Under the pieces are notes generated by a model. It saw only the letters and a program-made list of their open reading frames with translations, had not been told where the DNA came from and made no database searches. Position numbers and translations under genes: made by a program. Shown here piece by piece: positions 18,786 to 26,734 of a DNA stretch of 64,000 nucleotides. The stretch is from positions 13,066 through 77,065 of the forward strand of contig DASQAZ010000036.1 of assembly GCA_035635475.1 (NCBI GenBank), in the 5' to 3' direction. Each line of letters opens with the position of its first letter. The first letter of the stretch is position 1. The DNA is from Bacteroidota bacterium. GTDB taxonomy: Bacteria > Bacteroidota > Ignavibacteria > UBA10030 > SZUA-254.

Positions 18786-20136
18786 CAATCATCCCGGTGG
18801 ACAGCCGATGCTGAAAAAAGTGATCCTACCGGCACTGAAGGGCGAGCCGCGTTCACTGAACGGGCACTGCGAGCTCCATGTCGTGCGCACCGAAGTGGAA
18901 CTGGATGCCCTGGAGGAGCGGTGGAATGGCCTCATGAGTTGTTCCGATGTCTCCGCATTCCAGACGTTCGAGTGGCTGAGGACCTGGTGGCGGTACTTCG
19001 GGGCTAATCGGAGGCTCCACTCGCTCATTGTAACGGAAGAGGGCCGGACAATCGGCATCGCCCCGATGTTTATAGAAGACGCGAGAATCCTGGGCGTCAG
19101 GGTTGCGACGCGGCTGAGATTCATGGGCTGCGGCATCTCGGACTATTGTGATTTCATCATCGCCCGGGGGAAAGAGGAACTCGTCCTCCATGCGTTTGCG
19201 CAGTATCTGTTCGCACACTCCGGCGATTGGGATATTTTCGAAATTGCCGACGTGAACGAGCGCGCCCAGCTTTATAAAATGCTTCCGAGGCTCCTCCGTG
19301 AACGCGGCATGGGCGTCTACACGTACCAGGGGAATGTCTGTCCGAGCCTCGCGCTGCCCGATTCCTGGGATGACTTTCTCGCCGGACTCGGCCAGAAGAT
19401 GCGGCATCATCTGAAAAAGAAGAGGGAGATGCTGAATCTTCAGTACCGGACGGAGGTGGAAATCTTCAAATCGGCCTCGGACGATATCGACCTCGCCGTC
19501 AACGAATTCATTCAGATCCATGAACGGCGGTGGAAGGGCCTCGGGTTCCGGAGCGCCTTTGACGACGAGGTCCACCGGGAGTTCCACTATGAGGTCGCCC
19601 GGAGGATGGCTCGCCGCGGCTGGCTGAGGCTCTTCTTCCTCAAGGTGGACGGGCGGAGGGTCGCGGTGAGTTTTGACTTCAATTTCAACAAAAGAATTCA
19701 TGTCTATCTCTCCCATGCCTGCGGACCGGAGGAGATCATGAAGTGCAGTCCGGGTTTCCTGATCCGCTGTATTGCGATCGATCGCGGCATAGCGGAGGGC
19801 ATGGAAATCTACGACCTCCTGAGAGGAAATGAGGCCTACAAATATGAGGAGCTCAAGTGTGTCCGTAGCGAAAACTGGCTCGTGAGGGGAGTGGGATGCT
19901 CCCGCGAGTCACGGGCCCGGTTCCGGATCTTTCTCGTGCGCGAGTTCGTGATCAAGAGCTTCGATCGGATTCGCCGGGAATACCACGAGTTCAGGCGGTT
20001 CGTGATCACCAAGAAACCTTCAACGATGGCGAGTCTCCGTTTTTTCCGATCCCAACTCGTTCTTCTCTACAAATTGGCAATAAATTACTGTGAACGCTTC
20101 TTTTTCAATGAAAGCCGACACCATGCGCCGAGATGA
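18772..20136 (+). CDS. CelD/BcsL/FemAB-like GNAT acyltransferase, paralog 2
   Basis: FQTFEWLRTWWRYFG...LHSLIVTEEGRTIGIAPM and FDFNFNKRIHVYLSH...IYDLLRGNEAYK follow the same pattern as 14441-15808. Confidence 0.8.
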   Translation: MPAFNNHPGGQPMLKKVILPALKGEPRSLNGHCELHVVRTEVELDALEERWNGLMSCSDVSAFQTFEWLRTWWRYFGANRRLHSLIVTEEGRTIGIAPMFIEDARILGVRVATRLRFMGCGISDYCDFIIARGKEELVLHAFAQYLFAHSGDWDIFEIADVNERAQLYKMLPRLLRERGMGVYTYQGNVCPSLALPDSWDDFLAGLGQKMRHHLKKKREMLNLQYRTEVEIFKSASDDIDLAVNEFIQIHERRWKGLGFRSAFDDEVHREFHYEVARRMARRGWLRLFFLKVDGRRVAVSFDFNFNKRIHVYLSHACGPEEIMKCSPGFLIRCIAIDRGIAEGMEIYDLLRGNEAYKYEELKCVRSENWLVRGVGCSRESRARFRIFLVREFVIKSFDRIRREYHEFRRFVITKKPSTMASLRFFRSQLVLLYKLAINYCERFFFNESRHHAPR

Positions 20137-21451
20137 AGAGCCGCGGAGGGCGGTCATTCTCTCGGGCGGCGGATGGCCGGGCGCGTACGACATCGTGCGC
20201 GCGCTGGGCCTGGCGGGAGTTAAGTCTATTGTCGTCTCCTCCCAGCCGGACGACATCGCATTCCATTCCCGCTACGTTGAGGGAAGAATCAATCTGCCGG
20301 AGTTTCAGCCGTGCCAATACGGAAGAATCGCAGACGCTCTGGAAGCGATCGGAACTTCGGAGCGGGAGAAGCCGGTGCTTTTTTATGTAGGCGACGCAGA
20401 GGTTGCATTTGTGCAACAGTTTCGCGATCGGCTGCGGGAATACTTCCGGTTCCTCCTGCCGGAGGATCGCCTCACCACGACGCTCCTCAACAAGTCGTTG
20501 TTTTACGAGTTCGCGCGGGGATGCGATCTTCCCGTTCCGAGCGCGGAGTCGTTCTCCGATGTGCGCGACCTGCGGAAAAGAATCGGCGCCGTCGCGTTTC
20601 CCTGCATCGTGAAGCCTTCGTTCAACCAGGACTGGTTCTGGAAGAATCGGGAGGAACGCGACCGGTTGCCGTCATACAAGCAGGCGCTGCGCCGATTCGG
20701 TTCGAAGGATGACCTCCTGGAATTCGCCGACGCCCTCCCCGAGCGGGCTTCCGGGTTTGTGGTTCAATCCTACATCGACGGCGGCGACGATGCGATCACC
20801 AGCTTCCACGGCTACTTTAACGAACAGTCGGAGTGTCTCGGCTACTTCCTGGGCCGTGAGATCCGCACGAATCCTCCCCACACCGGCGAAAGCGCATATT
20901 CGCGCACCATTTACAACGAATCGTTGGCGAAGCGGAGCATCGATTACCTGAGGCGCATCGGCATGCGCGGCATTGTGAAAATCGACTATAAGCTGGATGC
21001 ACGGACGAATGATTTTAAGATGATGGAAATAGAGCCGCACTTTCAATTCTGGCACCTGCTCGGAGCGTACGCCGGGGTAAACCTGCCGCTGATTGCCTAT
21101 CGCCATCAGCGCGATGAGCGGGTAGCGATCTCCGGGAGTTATGCCGACGATCTCCGAATGCTTTATTTCCTCCCGGATATCCGCGCATTTTGGGGCGGAT
21201 ACCGGAAATCCGGCGAGTGGGCGCTGGTCCCATATTTAAAATCGTTCATGAAGAAAAAATACTACCGGGTATTCGATCCGCTCGACCCCTTGCCCTTTGT
21301 TCGTTCCGTCATGGGACTTGGCGGGCGCATCCTCAAACATCTCCCTGTGCGCCTCGCCGCGAAGAGCGGGGCTATTCAGGTGCGAGGAATCCGTCCGCAG
21401 AATGTGATTGTAAGAGAATTACCTCAACTTCATCGGATGAACGAACACTAG
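20090..21451 (+). CDS. ATP-grasp ligase (COG3919-like predicted carboxylate-amine ligase), paralog 1
   Basis: Blocks seen: AVILSGGGWPGAYDIVRALG, FPCIVKPS, VVQSYIDG, GIVKIDYKLD...MMEIEPHF. The track start is GTG 20090. ATG 20108 and ATG 20123 are alternatives, and the upstream gene ends at 20136. Confidence 0.75.
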   Translation: MNASFSMKADTMRRDEEPRRAVILSGGGWPGAYDIVRALGLAGVKSIVVSSQPDDIAFHSRYVEGRINLPEFQPCQYGRIADALEAIGTSEREKPVLFYVGDAEVAFVQQFRDRLREYFRFLLPEDRLTTTLLNKSLFYEFARGCDLPVPSAESFSDVRDLRKRIGAVAFPCIVKPSFNQDWFWKNREERDRLPSYKQALRRFGSKDDLLEFADALPERASGFVVQSYIDGGDDAITSFHGYFNEQSECLGYFLGREIRTNPPHTGESAYSRTIYNESLAKRSIDYLRRIGMRGIVKIDYKLDARTNDFKMMEIEPHFQFWHLLGAYAGVNLPLIAYRHQRDERVAISGSYADDLRMLYFLPDIRAFWGGYRKSGEWALVPYLKSFMKKKYYRVFDPLDPLPFVRSVMGLGGRILKHLPVRLAAKSGAIQVRGIRPQNVIVRELPQLHRMNEH

Positions 21452-21454
21452 AAT

Positions 21455-22813
21455 ATGCAGAACCGATCGGCAAAGAGCGCGGAGGCACTGATCATATCGG
21501 CGGGATGGTCTCCCGGAGCGTACGACATTGCAAGGTCGCTCGGCATGGCCGGAATCCTGAGCCATATCGCTTCTTCGCAGCCCTCGGACATCGGATTTTA
21601 TTCCCGTTATTGCGCGGGACGGTGGATGCTTCCGTGTTTCAAGCCCGAGAATTACGGCGAGATCGTCATACGGCTTCAGAAGCTCAGCTCCGGGTCGGGC
21701 GAGAAGCCGGTGCTCTTCTACGCATCGGACCCTGAACTGTGGTTTGTCTGGAGATACCGCCATCAACTTGAGCCTTTCTACCGTTTTCTGCTGCCTCCCG
21801 ACGATCTGATTGAGAAGCTATTCAACAAGGTGCTGTTCGCAGAGTTCGCCCGCGAGCACGAGCTCCCGATCCCCCGATCGGCTACGCTCCGGCGCCTCGA
21901 AGAGCTTCAGGAGCTCGATGGTGCGATCACCTTTCCCTGTATCGTCAAGCCGGCATACAGCCAGGACTGGATATGGGATACGCCCGAGCAGGAGACCCGA
22001 TTCGGATCATACAAGAAGGCGTTGCGAAGGTTCGATTCAAAAGCCCAGCTTCTGGACTTCTGCGGCGCACTGCCCGAGAGAGAGGCCGGGGTCGTGATTC
22101 AGGAATATATCGACGGGCGGGATGAATCAATCGACAGTTTCCACGGGTATTTCGACAAGCACTCGCGTTGTCTCGGATATTTTCTCGGGCGCAAAATACG
22201 CACCTACCCGCCGCATACGGGCGGGAGTGCCTATGTGCGGACAATCCATAACGAGACTCTCGCCCGATTAAGCGATGAGTATCTTAGACGAATAGGATTC
22301 CAGGGAATCGTGAAAATAGATTACAAATGGGATGACCGGACGAAAGTATTTAATATTCTGGAGATCAATCCTCGTTTCAACCTCTGGGAGCTGCTGGGCG
22401 CTTATGCGGGTGTTAATCTGGCATCGGTGGCCTACCATGACCAGCGCGGAGAGTCGGTGGAGTGGCGGTCATCGTACACCGATGACGCTCGCCTTCTGTA
22501 TGCTAAACAGGATCTTCGGGCGTACTGGACCGGTTATCGGCACACCGGAGAGTGGACGTTCATTTCGTACGTGAGGTCGATGGCGGCGAAGCTTCACTTC
22601 CGCGTCTTCGATCCCAGGGACCCGCTTCCGTTTGTGGTTTCGGCACTGGCATTCCTTCTGAGAAACGGCCTGCGGATGCTCGGAGTGAAAATGAAGGTAC
22701 CCAAGCCGGGTGAGCATGCGTTTATTTCGAGACGGCGGATGAGGGGACAAGCAATTTCTCAAAAGCCGCCCGAGCCTCACGAAGCACAGATCAGGCCGGC
22801 AATGATGGAGTAG
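21455..22813 (+). CDS. ATP-grasp ligase, paralog 2 (tandem duplicate)
   Basis: Colinear with 20090-21451 along the whole length (ALIISAGWSPGAYDIARSLG, FPCIVKPA, VIQEYIDG, GIVKIDYKWD...ILEINPRF). By eye about half of the residues are identical. Confidence 0.8.
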   Translation: MQNRSAKSAEALIISAGWSPGAYDIARSLGMAGILSHIASSQPSDIGFYSRYCAGRWMLPCFKPENYGEIVIRLQKLSSGSGEKPVLFYASDPELWFVWRYRHQLEPFYRFLLPPDDLIEKLFNKVLFAEFAREHELPIPRSATLRRLEELQELDGAITFPCIVKPAYSQDWIWDTPEQETRFGSYKKALRRFDSKAQLLDFCGALPEREAGVVIQEYIDGRDESIDSFHGYFDKHSRCLGYFLGRKIRTYPPHTGGSAYVRTIHNETLARLSDEYLRRIGFQGIVKIDYKWDDRTKVFNILEINPRFNLWELLGAYAGVNLASVAYHDQRGESVEWRSSYTDDARLLYAKQDLRAYWTGYRHTGEWTFISYVRSMAAKLHFRVFDPRDPLPFVVSALAFLLRNGLRMLGVKMKVPKPGEHAFISRRRMRGQAISQKPPEPHEAQIRPAMME

Positions 22814-22847
22814 AGGGTGTGAATCGTCTCATCATCACTGGAGAAGC

Positions 22848-23558
22848 GTGACTGAAGTCGTTGATACTGTTGCGGGTTTGATGAAATTGGAGCGTGAATG
22901 GGACGCGCTGGCGTTGGAATTCCAGAACCCGCTACTCACCCATGAATGGTTTGCCTCCTGCGCGGCGGCGGTGAGCCCTCCCGATGAGCTGAGGATTATT
23001 CTCATCATGGACGAAGAAAAGCTCGTCGCTGCAGCACCAATGGTGATGGTTCGCCGCTGGGGCGTCCGGCGCCTGGAAATTCTCGGGAGCTCGACCCTGC
23101 AGGAACCGAGCACCTTTCTTTTCAGAGATGAAGATTCGCTCAACGAACTCCTGAGGGCGGTCAGGACCGGGGTCTCCGTGCGTGTTGTAAAAGGACAATG
23201 GTCGGACCCGAGGGGAAACGGGCTTGACTGCAGGAGAAACTTCCGCGTCCTGATCGACGCTCTCGCAGGGCGCTGCCCGCATGTGTTCGTCGGTACGCAC
23301 GATCGCCACCTCGCCCGTGAAGCGCTCACGATCCTGCGTGCCTCGGATACGCGGTGTGAACTGGAACAGATGCTCGGACTGCCCTCGATTGTGAAGAGCG
23401 CGGCAGAGCCTCTCGGGATCCCGGTCAGGGTGTATGTTCCCTTCGGCACTCCGTATCTGCCCTACAATATCCGCTACGTTTCGCATCGCCCTGCGATGAT
23501 GGCCTGGGCGCTTAATGGCCTCCTGACAGGGGGGGATTGGAACCAGGGATTGTTGTGA
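22848..23558 (+). CDS. Chimeric ORF: CelD-like N-terminal ~100 aa joined to a proline-dehydrogenase-like C-terminal half barrel; possibly a gene remnant
   Basis: The N-terminus EREWDALALEFQNPLLTHEWF...LRIILIMDEEKLVAAAPMVM matches the pattern of both CelD paralogs. The C-terminus VSVRVVKGQW, VFVGTHDRHL, ELEQMLGLP, IPVRVYVPFGTPYLPYNIRYVSHRP matches ProDH blocks (VRLVKGAY, ATHN, E.Q.L.GM, VR.Y.P.G...YL.RRL.ERP). GTG start. Confidence 0.55.
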   Translation: MTEVVDTVAGLMKLEREWDALALEFQNPLLTHEWFASCAAAVSPPDELRIILIMDEEKLVAAAPMVMVRRWGVRRLEILGSSTLQEPSTFLFRDEDSLNELLRAVRTGVSVRVVKGQWSDPRGNGLDCRRNFRVLIDALAGRCPHVFVGTHDRHLAREALTILRASDTRCELEQMLGLPSIVKSAAEPLGIPVRVYVPFGTPYLPYNIRYVSHRPAMMAWALNGLLTGGDWNQGLL

Positions 23559-23565
23559 AGAGCCG

Positions 23566-24807
23566 GTGACTATGATAACCGCAATCGAAATTGTCCTTCT
23601 TTCTATTCTTGGCCTCCCTCTCTGTTATCTTGCCCTCCTCAGCTTCCTTGCCCTCAATCCGAAACAGCGCCGGAATTCGGGCAATTCCCGCCTGCGCCGA
23701 TTCGCCATCGTCGTGCCCGCACACGACGAGGAGCGGACCATCGATGCAACGCTCCGAAGCCTGCTCGCGATCGATTACCCGCGCCAGATGTACGATCTCG
23801 TCGTCATTGCCGACAACTGCGATGACGGCACCGCTCAAGTTGCGAATCGTCCGGGAGTCCAGGTTCTGGAGAGAAACGATCCCCATCTGCGCGGGAAAGG
23901 TTATGCGCTGCGCTGGGGGTTTGATGCACTGCTCTCATTGTCCCGGTACGACGCTGTCGTTGTCGTGGATGCCGACAGTACCGCCTCCCGGAATTTTCTT
24001 TCGGTCATGAATGATTACCTTGAAACCGGCGCGGAGGCGGTCCAGAGCAGCGACCTGGTCAGGCCGCTCCCCGGGTCCTGGAGTTCGGAGATCGTTCGCA
24101 TCGGCTTTCTGCTCTATAATTACGTGCGGCCGCTCGGCAGGATGGCTCTCGGATGCTCGGCGGGTTTGCGTGGAAACGGCATGTGCTTCGCCGTCGACAC
24201 GCTTCGCCGGGTTCCCTGGGTCGCATTCTCCGTCGCCGAGGATCTCGAGTATGGCCTGGAATTGTTGCTCCGGGGGGTTGGCGTCGTTTTTGCGCCTGAA
24301 GCGGTCGTGATTGCCGCGATGCCTCAGCATGCTGCAAACGCCCGGAGCCAGCGCGCGCGGTGGGAAATGGGCAGATTCCCGCTGGTCAAAAAGTATGCAG
24401 GCCGGCTTCTCCGCACTGCCGCGTACGCACGCTCGTATCGATGTTTCGATGCGTTCATCGATCTTGTCACTCCGCCGCTCGTCAATTTGCTCATGGCCGT
24501 TTCAGCGATGTTCATGATCTCCGTCATCCTGTTGGGGCTCGGCTATTGGGAGCTGGGGCCTGTGATCTGGCTTTGGGCCGGGTTGATGGGGTTGGGGATG
24601 GTACATCTGCTGGTCGGAATTCAGGCCGCCCGGGGGTCTGTGGAAGATCTGAAAGTTCTACTTCATCTTCCCCGGTACGCTTTCTGGAAACTCCTGCTCT
24701 ACGCCGGGATGATCAAAAAGCGCGTGCCAAATGAATGGATTCGCACCCACCGTGAAGCCGGCGACGAGCCGCTTCCGGGGGAACAATCGTCGGGGAGTCC
24801 CGCCTAG
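23566..24807 (+). CDS. Membrane-embedded family 2 glycosyltransferase of the processive-synthase type
   Basis: Blocks seen: FAIVVPAHDEE, VVIADNCDDGT, RGKGYAL, VVVVDADS (DxD), GNGMCF, EDLEYGLEL, QRARWEMG (Q-x-x-RW). One N-terminal and several C-terminal TM helices. Confidence 0.85.
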   Translation: MTMITAIEIVLLSILGLPLCYLALLSFLALNPKQRRNSGNSRLRRFAIVVPAHDEERTIDATLRSLLAIDYPRQMYDLVVIADNCDDGTAQVANRPGVQVLERNDPHLRGKGYALRWGFDALLSLSRYDAVVVVDADSTASRNFLSVMNDYLETGAEAVQSSDLVRPLPGSWSSEIVRIGFLLYNYVRPLGRMALGCSAGLRGNGMCFAVDTLRRVPWVAFSVAEDLEYGLELLLRGVGVVFAPEAVVIAAMPQHAANARSQRARWEMGRFPLVKKYAGRLLRTAAYARSYRCFDAFIDLVTPPLVNLLMAVSAMFMISVILLGLGYWELGPVIWLWAGLMGLGMVHLLVGIQAARGSVEDLKVLLHLPRYAFWKLLLYAGMIKKRVPNEWIRTHREAGDEPLPGEQSSGSPA

Positions 24808-24810
24808 TGC

Positions 24811-26175
24811 CTACCACGTTCTTCGTATCGGATGTGCCTCCGTATTGAAAATAACCTTCGTCGGGTCGAGAGTTTCCGGCGGCGCGTACAGCAAGTAGAG
24901 ATACTTTAGCGTTTCGGCGAGGAAGAAACTTTCCATGTTGTCCTTTTTCTCCTTGGTTCGGACGTCCTTCAAGGCGGCGTATCCGGCCTCTGTTTTGCAG
25001 TAGCGCCTGAGACTGTCGAAGAAAGTCCTGCCCATTTCGAGGTAACGCGGCCGTTTCGTAATGTAATAGAGGTAGTATGCCGATTCGATGATTTCAGGGC
25101 GAAGAGGATAGCCGCCCTCCGTCACGGTCATCGTCGCATAGTCGATTTCCTCCGGCTCGATGCCGAAGCTCGTCCACATCTTGTAGCACGATTCTTCCAG
25201 GCGCGCAGCGCGCTCGAGATCGCCCGAGAGTGCGAGCACGGCGGGGAGGAAGGCATCGAGCGCTCCGAAGCGCGTTTGCTCACGCTTCCCCGTTCGCATG
25301 TTCACGCGTGCGTACCAGAATCCCGTGGCCGTTTCATGCGCGAGGTACTTCTCCGCCGAATCGATGCTCGTCCGCCACATGGTTTCGCATTCCTTGTCAT
25401 CGAAGAGGCGCCAGCACTTCAGGAGGTATTCATAATAGGAATCGATTCCGCCGCTGATGTGGCTGAGCGAGTCGGTCCAGGCGCCGGTTTCAACGTTGAT
25501 CGCCGAACCCAGGAGCCCGATCGGAGAGCGGCGGTTGTAGACCTCGACGAGCGCGCGTTTGGCTTTCTCGTAGAAGACGGCTTTACCGGTGAGCTTGCTC
25601 AGCGTGCCGAATTCGATGAGCAGCGTGCCGATTTCGGCGGGGTTGGTAATCGAATCCCGGACAGCCCCCGTCTTGAGGTTCACATAGACATACGGCATGC
25701 CGGTCGGAGAGTTGAAAACCGGGAGCAATCGGTTTCCCAGGTCTTCGGCGAGAGTCAGAAGGCGTTTGTCGCCCGTAAGTTGAAAGTTGCTCAAGAGTCC
25801 GCCCAGGAGCCGGATCGTAATCTCGAAATTCTTGACCTCCATGTCGCGATCGAAGGAGAGCTTCGATGTGACCAGTTCCCTCGCTTCTTGTGCTTCATCG
25901 GTGAGGCCCATGAGGGTCAGGGCATCCATCGCATCGACCGGGGTCATGCAAAGGGAGAAGCGCCCCCAGTCGCGATAGCTCTTGCTGAGAGGTTTCAGCT
26001 CGTCATGTCCCCAGGCGTATTTCTTGTAGGCGTTCCAGCAGTGTAGAAATTCCCGGCGCACATCCTCGGCCATCCTGGACTTGTCGATTTCGAGGAGGAG
26101 CGACTTGTCCTGCGTCGCGGCTTGCCGGAGCGGCAGAAGGCACAAAAAAACGAGGGCTGAAACGGTTCGAATCAC
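24811..26175 (-). CDS. Glycoside hydrolase family 47 (class I alpha-1,2-mannosidase), secreted
   Basis: Signal peptide MIRTVSALVFLCLLPLRQAATQ. GH47 blocks: WNAYKKYAWGHDELKP, NFEITIRLLGGLLSNFQLTGD, NPAEIGTLLIEFGTLSKLTG, LAETLKYLYLLY. Confidence 0.85.
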   Translation of the reverse strand: MIRTVSALVFLCLLPLRQAATQDKSLLLEIDKSRMAEDVRREFLHCWNAYKKYAWGHDELKPLSKSYRDWGRFSLCMTPVDAMDALTLMGLTDEAQEARELVTSKLSFDRDMEVKNFEITIRLLGGLLSNFQLTGDKRLLTLAEDLGNRLLPVFNSPTGMPYVYVNLKTGAVRDSITNPAEIGTLLIEFGTLSKLTGKAVFYEKAKRALVEVYNRRSPIGLLGSAINVETGAWTDSLSHISGGIDSYYEYLLKCWRLFDDKECETMWRTSIDSAEKYLAHETATGFWYARVNMRTGKREQTRFGALDAFLPAVLALSGDLERAARLEESCYKMWTSFGIEPEEIDYATMTVTEGGYPLRPEIIESAYYLYYITKRPRYLEMGRTFFDSLRRYCKTEAGYAALKDVRTKEKKDNMESFFLAETLKYLYLLYAPPETLDPTKVIFNTEAHPIRRTW

Positions 26176-26202
26176 GGTTGACTCCGAATGTTGGGATGCC
26201 TG

Positions 26203-26238
26203 AAAAAAAATCCCGATCCCGCGTGGGCGGGACCGGGA
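26203..26238 (-). terminator. Rho-independent terminator after the DUF1059-like gene
   Basis: The minus-strand RNA reads UCCCGGUCCCGC-CCAC-GCGGGAUCGGGA followed by U8. This is a 12-bp GC-rich stem with one G-U pair, a 4-nt loop and a U tract. It lies ~20 nt after the stop at 26261. Confidence 0.8.
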
Positions 26239-26260
26239 TTTGAGTTCGTACTTCGGGAAG

Positions 26261-26587
26261 CTACTGTTTCGCCTCGGTCGCTTCCTCGGTCTTCATCATA
26301 CCTGCCACTTCTTTTGCGGTCATCTTCTTGTTGTGGGACTTTTGCGCATGCCTGATAACGATGTCCGAGAGCTCCTTCTTGTCGTGGCTTCGGCACATGA
26401 AACCGCAGGCGGGATCGCAGGTCACCGAGTACATCGCGCTTTTTTCGGGCGCCTTCTCGGTTTTTGTCATTTCCGGCTTTGCTTCCTTCTTCGGCTCTTG
26501 TGTTGTCGTCTCCTGAGCCCGTGTGATCGTTGTAAGGCAAACGGTCAGAATGACTGCGAACAGGAGCGCCGAGAGTTGTTTTACCAT
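26261..26587 (-). CDS. Small secreted DUF1059-like protein
   Basis: Start ATG 26587 (MVKQLSALLFAVILTVCLTTITRAQ, a signal peptide) is preceded by AGGAG. A K/E/T-rich linker follows. YSVTCDPACGFMCRSHDKKELSDIVIRHAQKSH matches the C..C.F.C...D..E......H....H pattern of DUF1059. Confidence 0.6.
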   Translation of the reverse strand: MVKQLSALLFAVILTVCLTTITRAQETTTQEPKKEAKPEMTKTEKAPEKSAMYSVTCDPACGFMCRSHDKKELSDIVIRHAQKSHNKKMTAKEVAGMMKTEEATEAKQ

Positions 26588-26657
26588 GGCTTGTCTCCTT
26601 TCTGATTTGTGGTTGGGTGTTTCGGTTAGTATGCTGCAGGTCTTTCTCGAACAGCCG

Positions 26658-26686
26658 AAGTTATCGAATATCCGCTCGAATGTCAA
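26658..26686 (-). promoter_or_regulatory. Candidate sigma70-type promoter for the DUF1059-like gene
   Basis: The minus strand reads TTGACA, a 17-nt spacer, then TAACTT. It lies ~70 nt upstream of ATG 26587. The -10 element is weak. Confidence 0.3.
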
Positions 26687-26734
26687 GTTTTCAACCCCCT
26701 TCGGTTACCTTTATATTATAGGGCAACACGCCGG

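Noticed and set aside
22848-23558. Functional proline dehydrogenase
   Set aside because: Only the C-terminal half of the barrel is represented. The N-terminal strands that complete the fold are replaced by a CelD-like segment.
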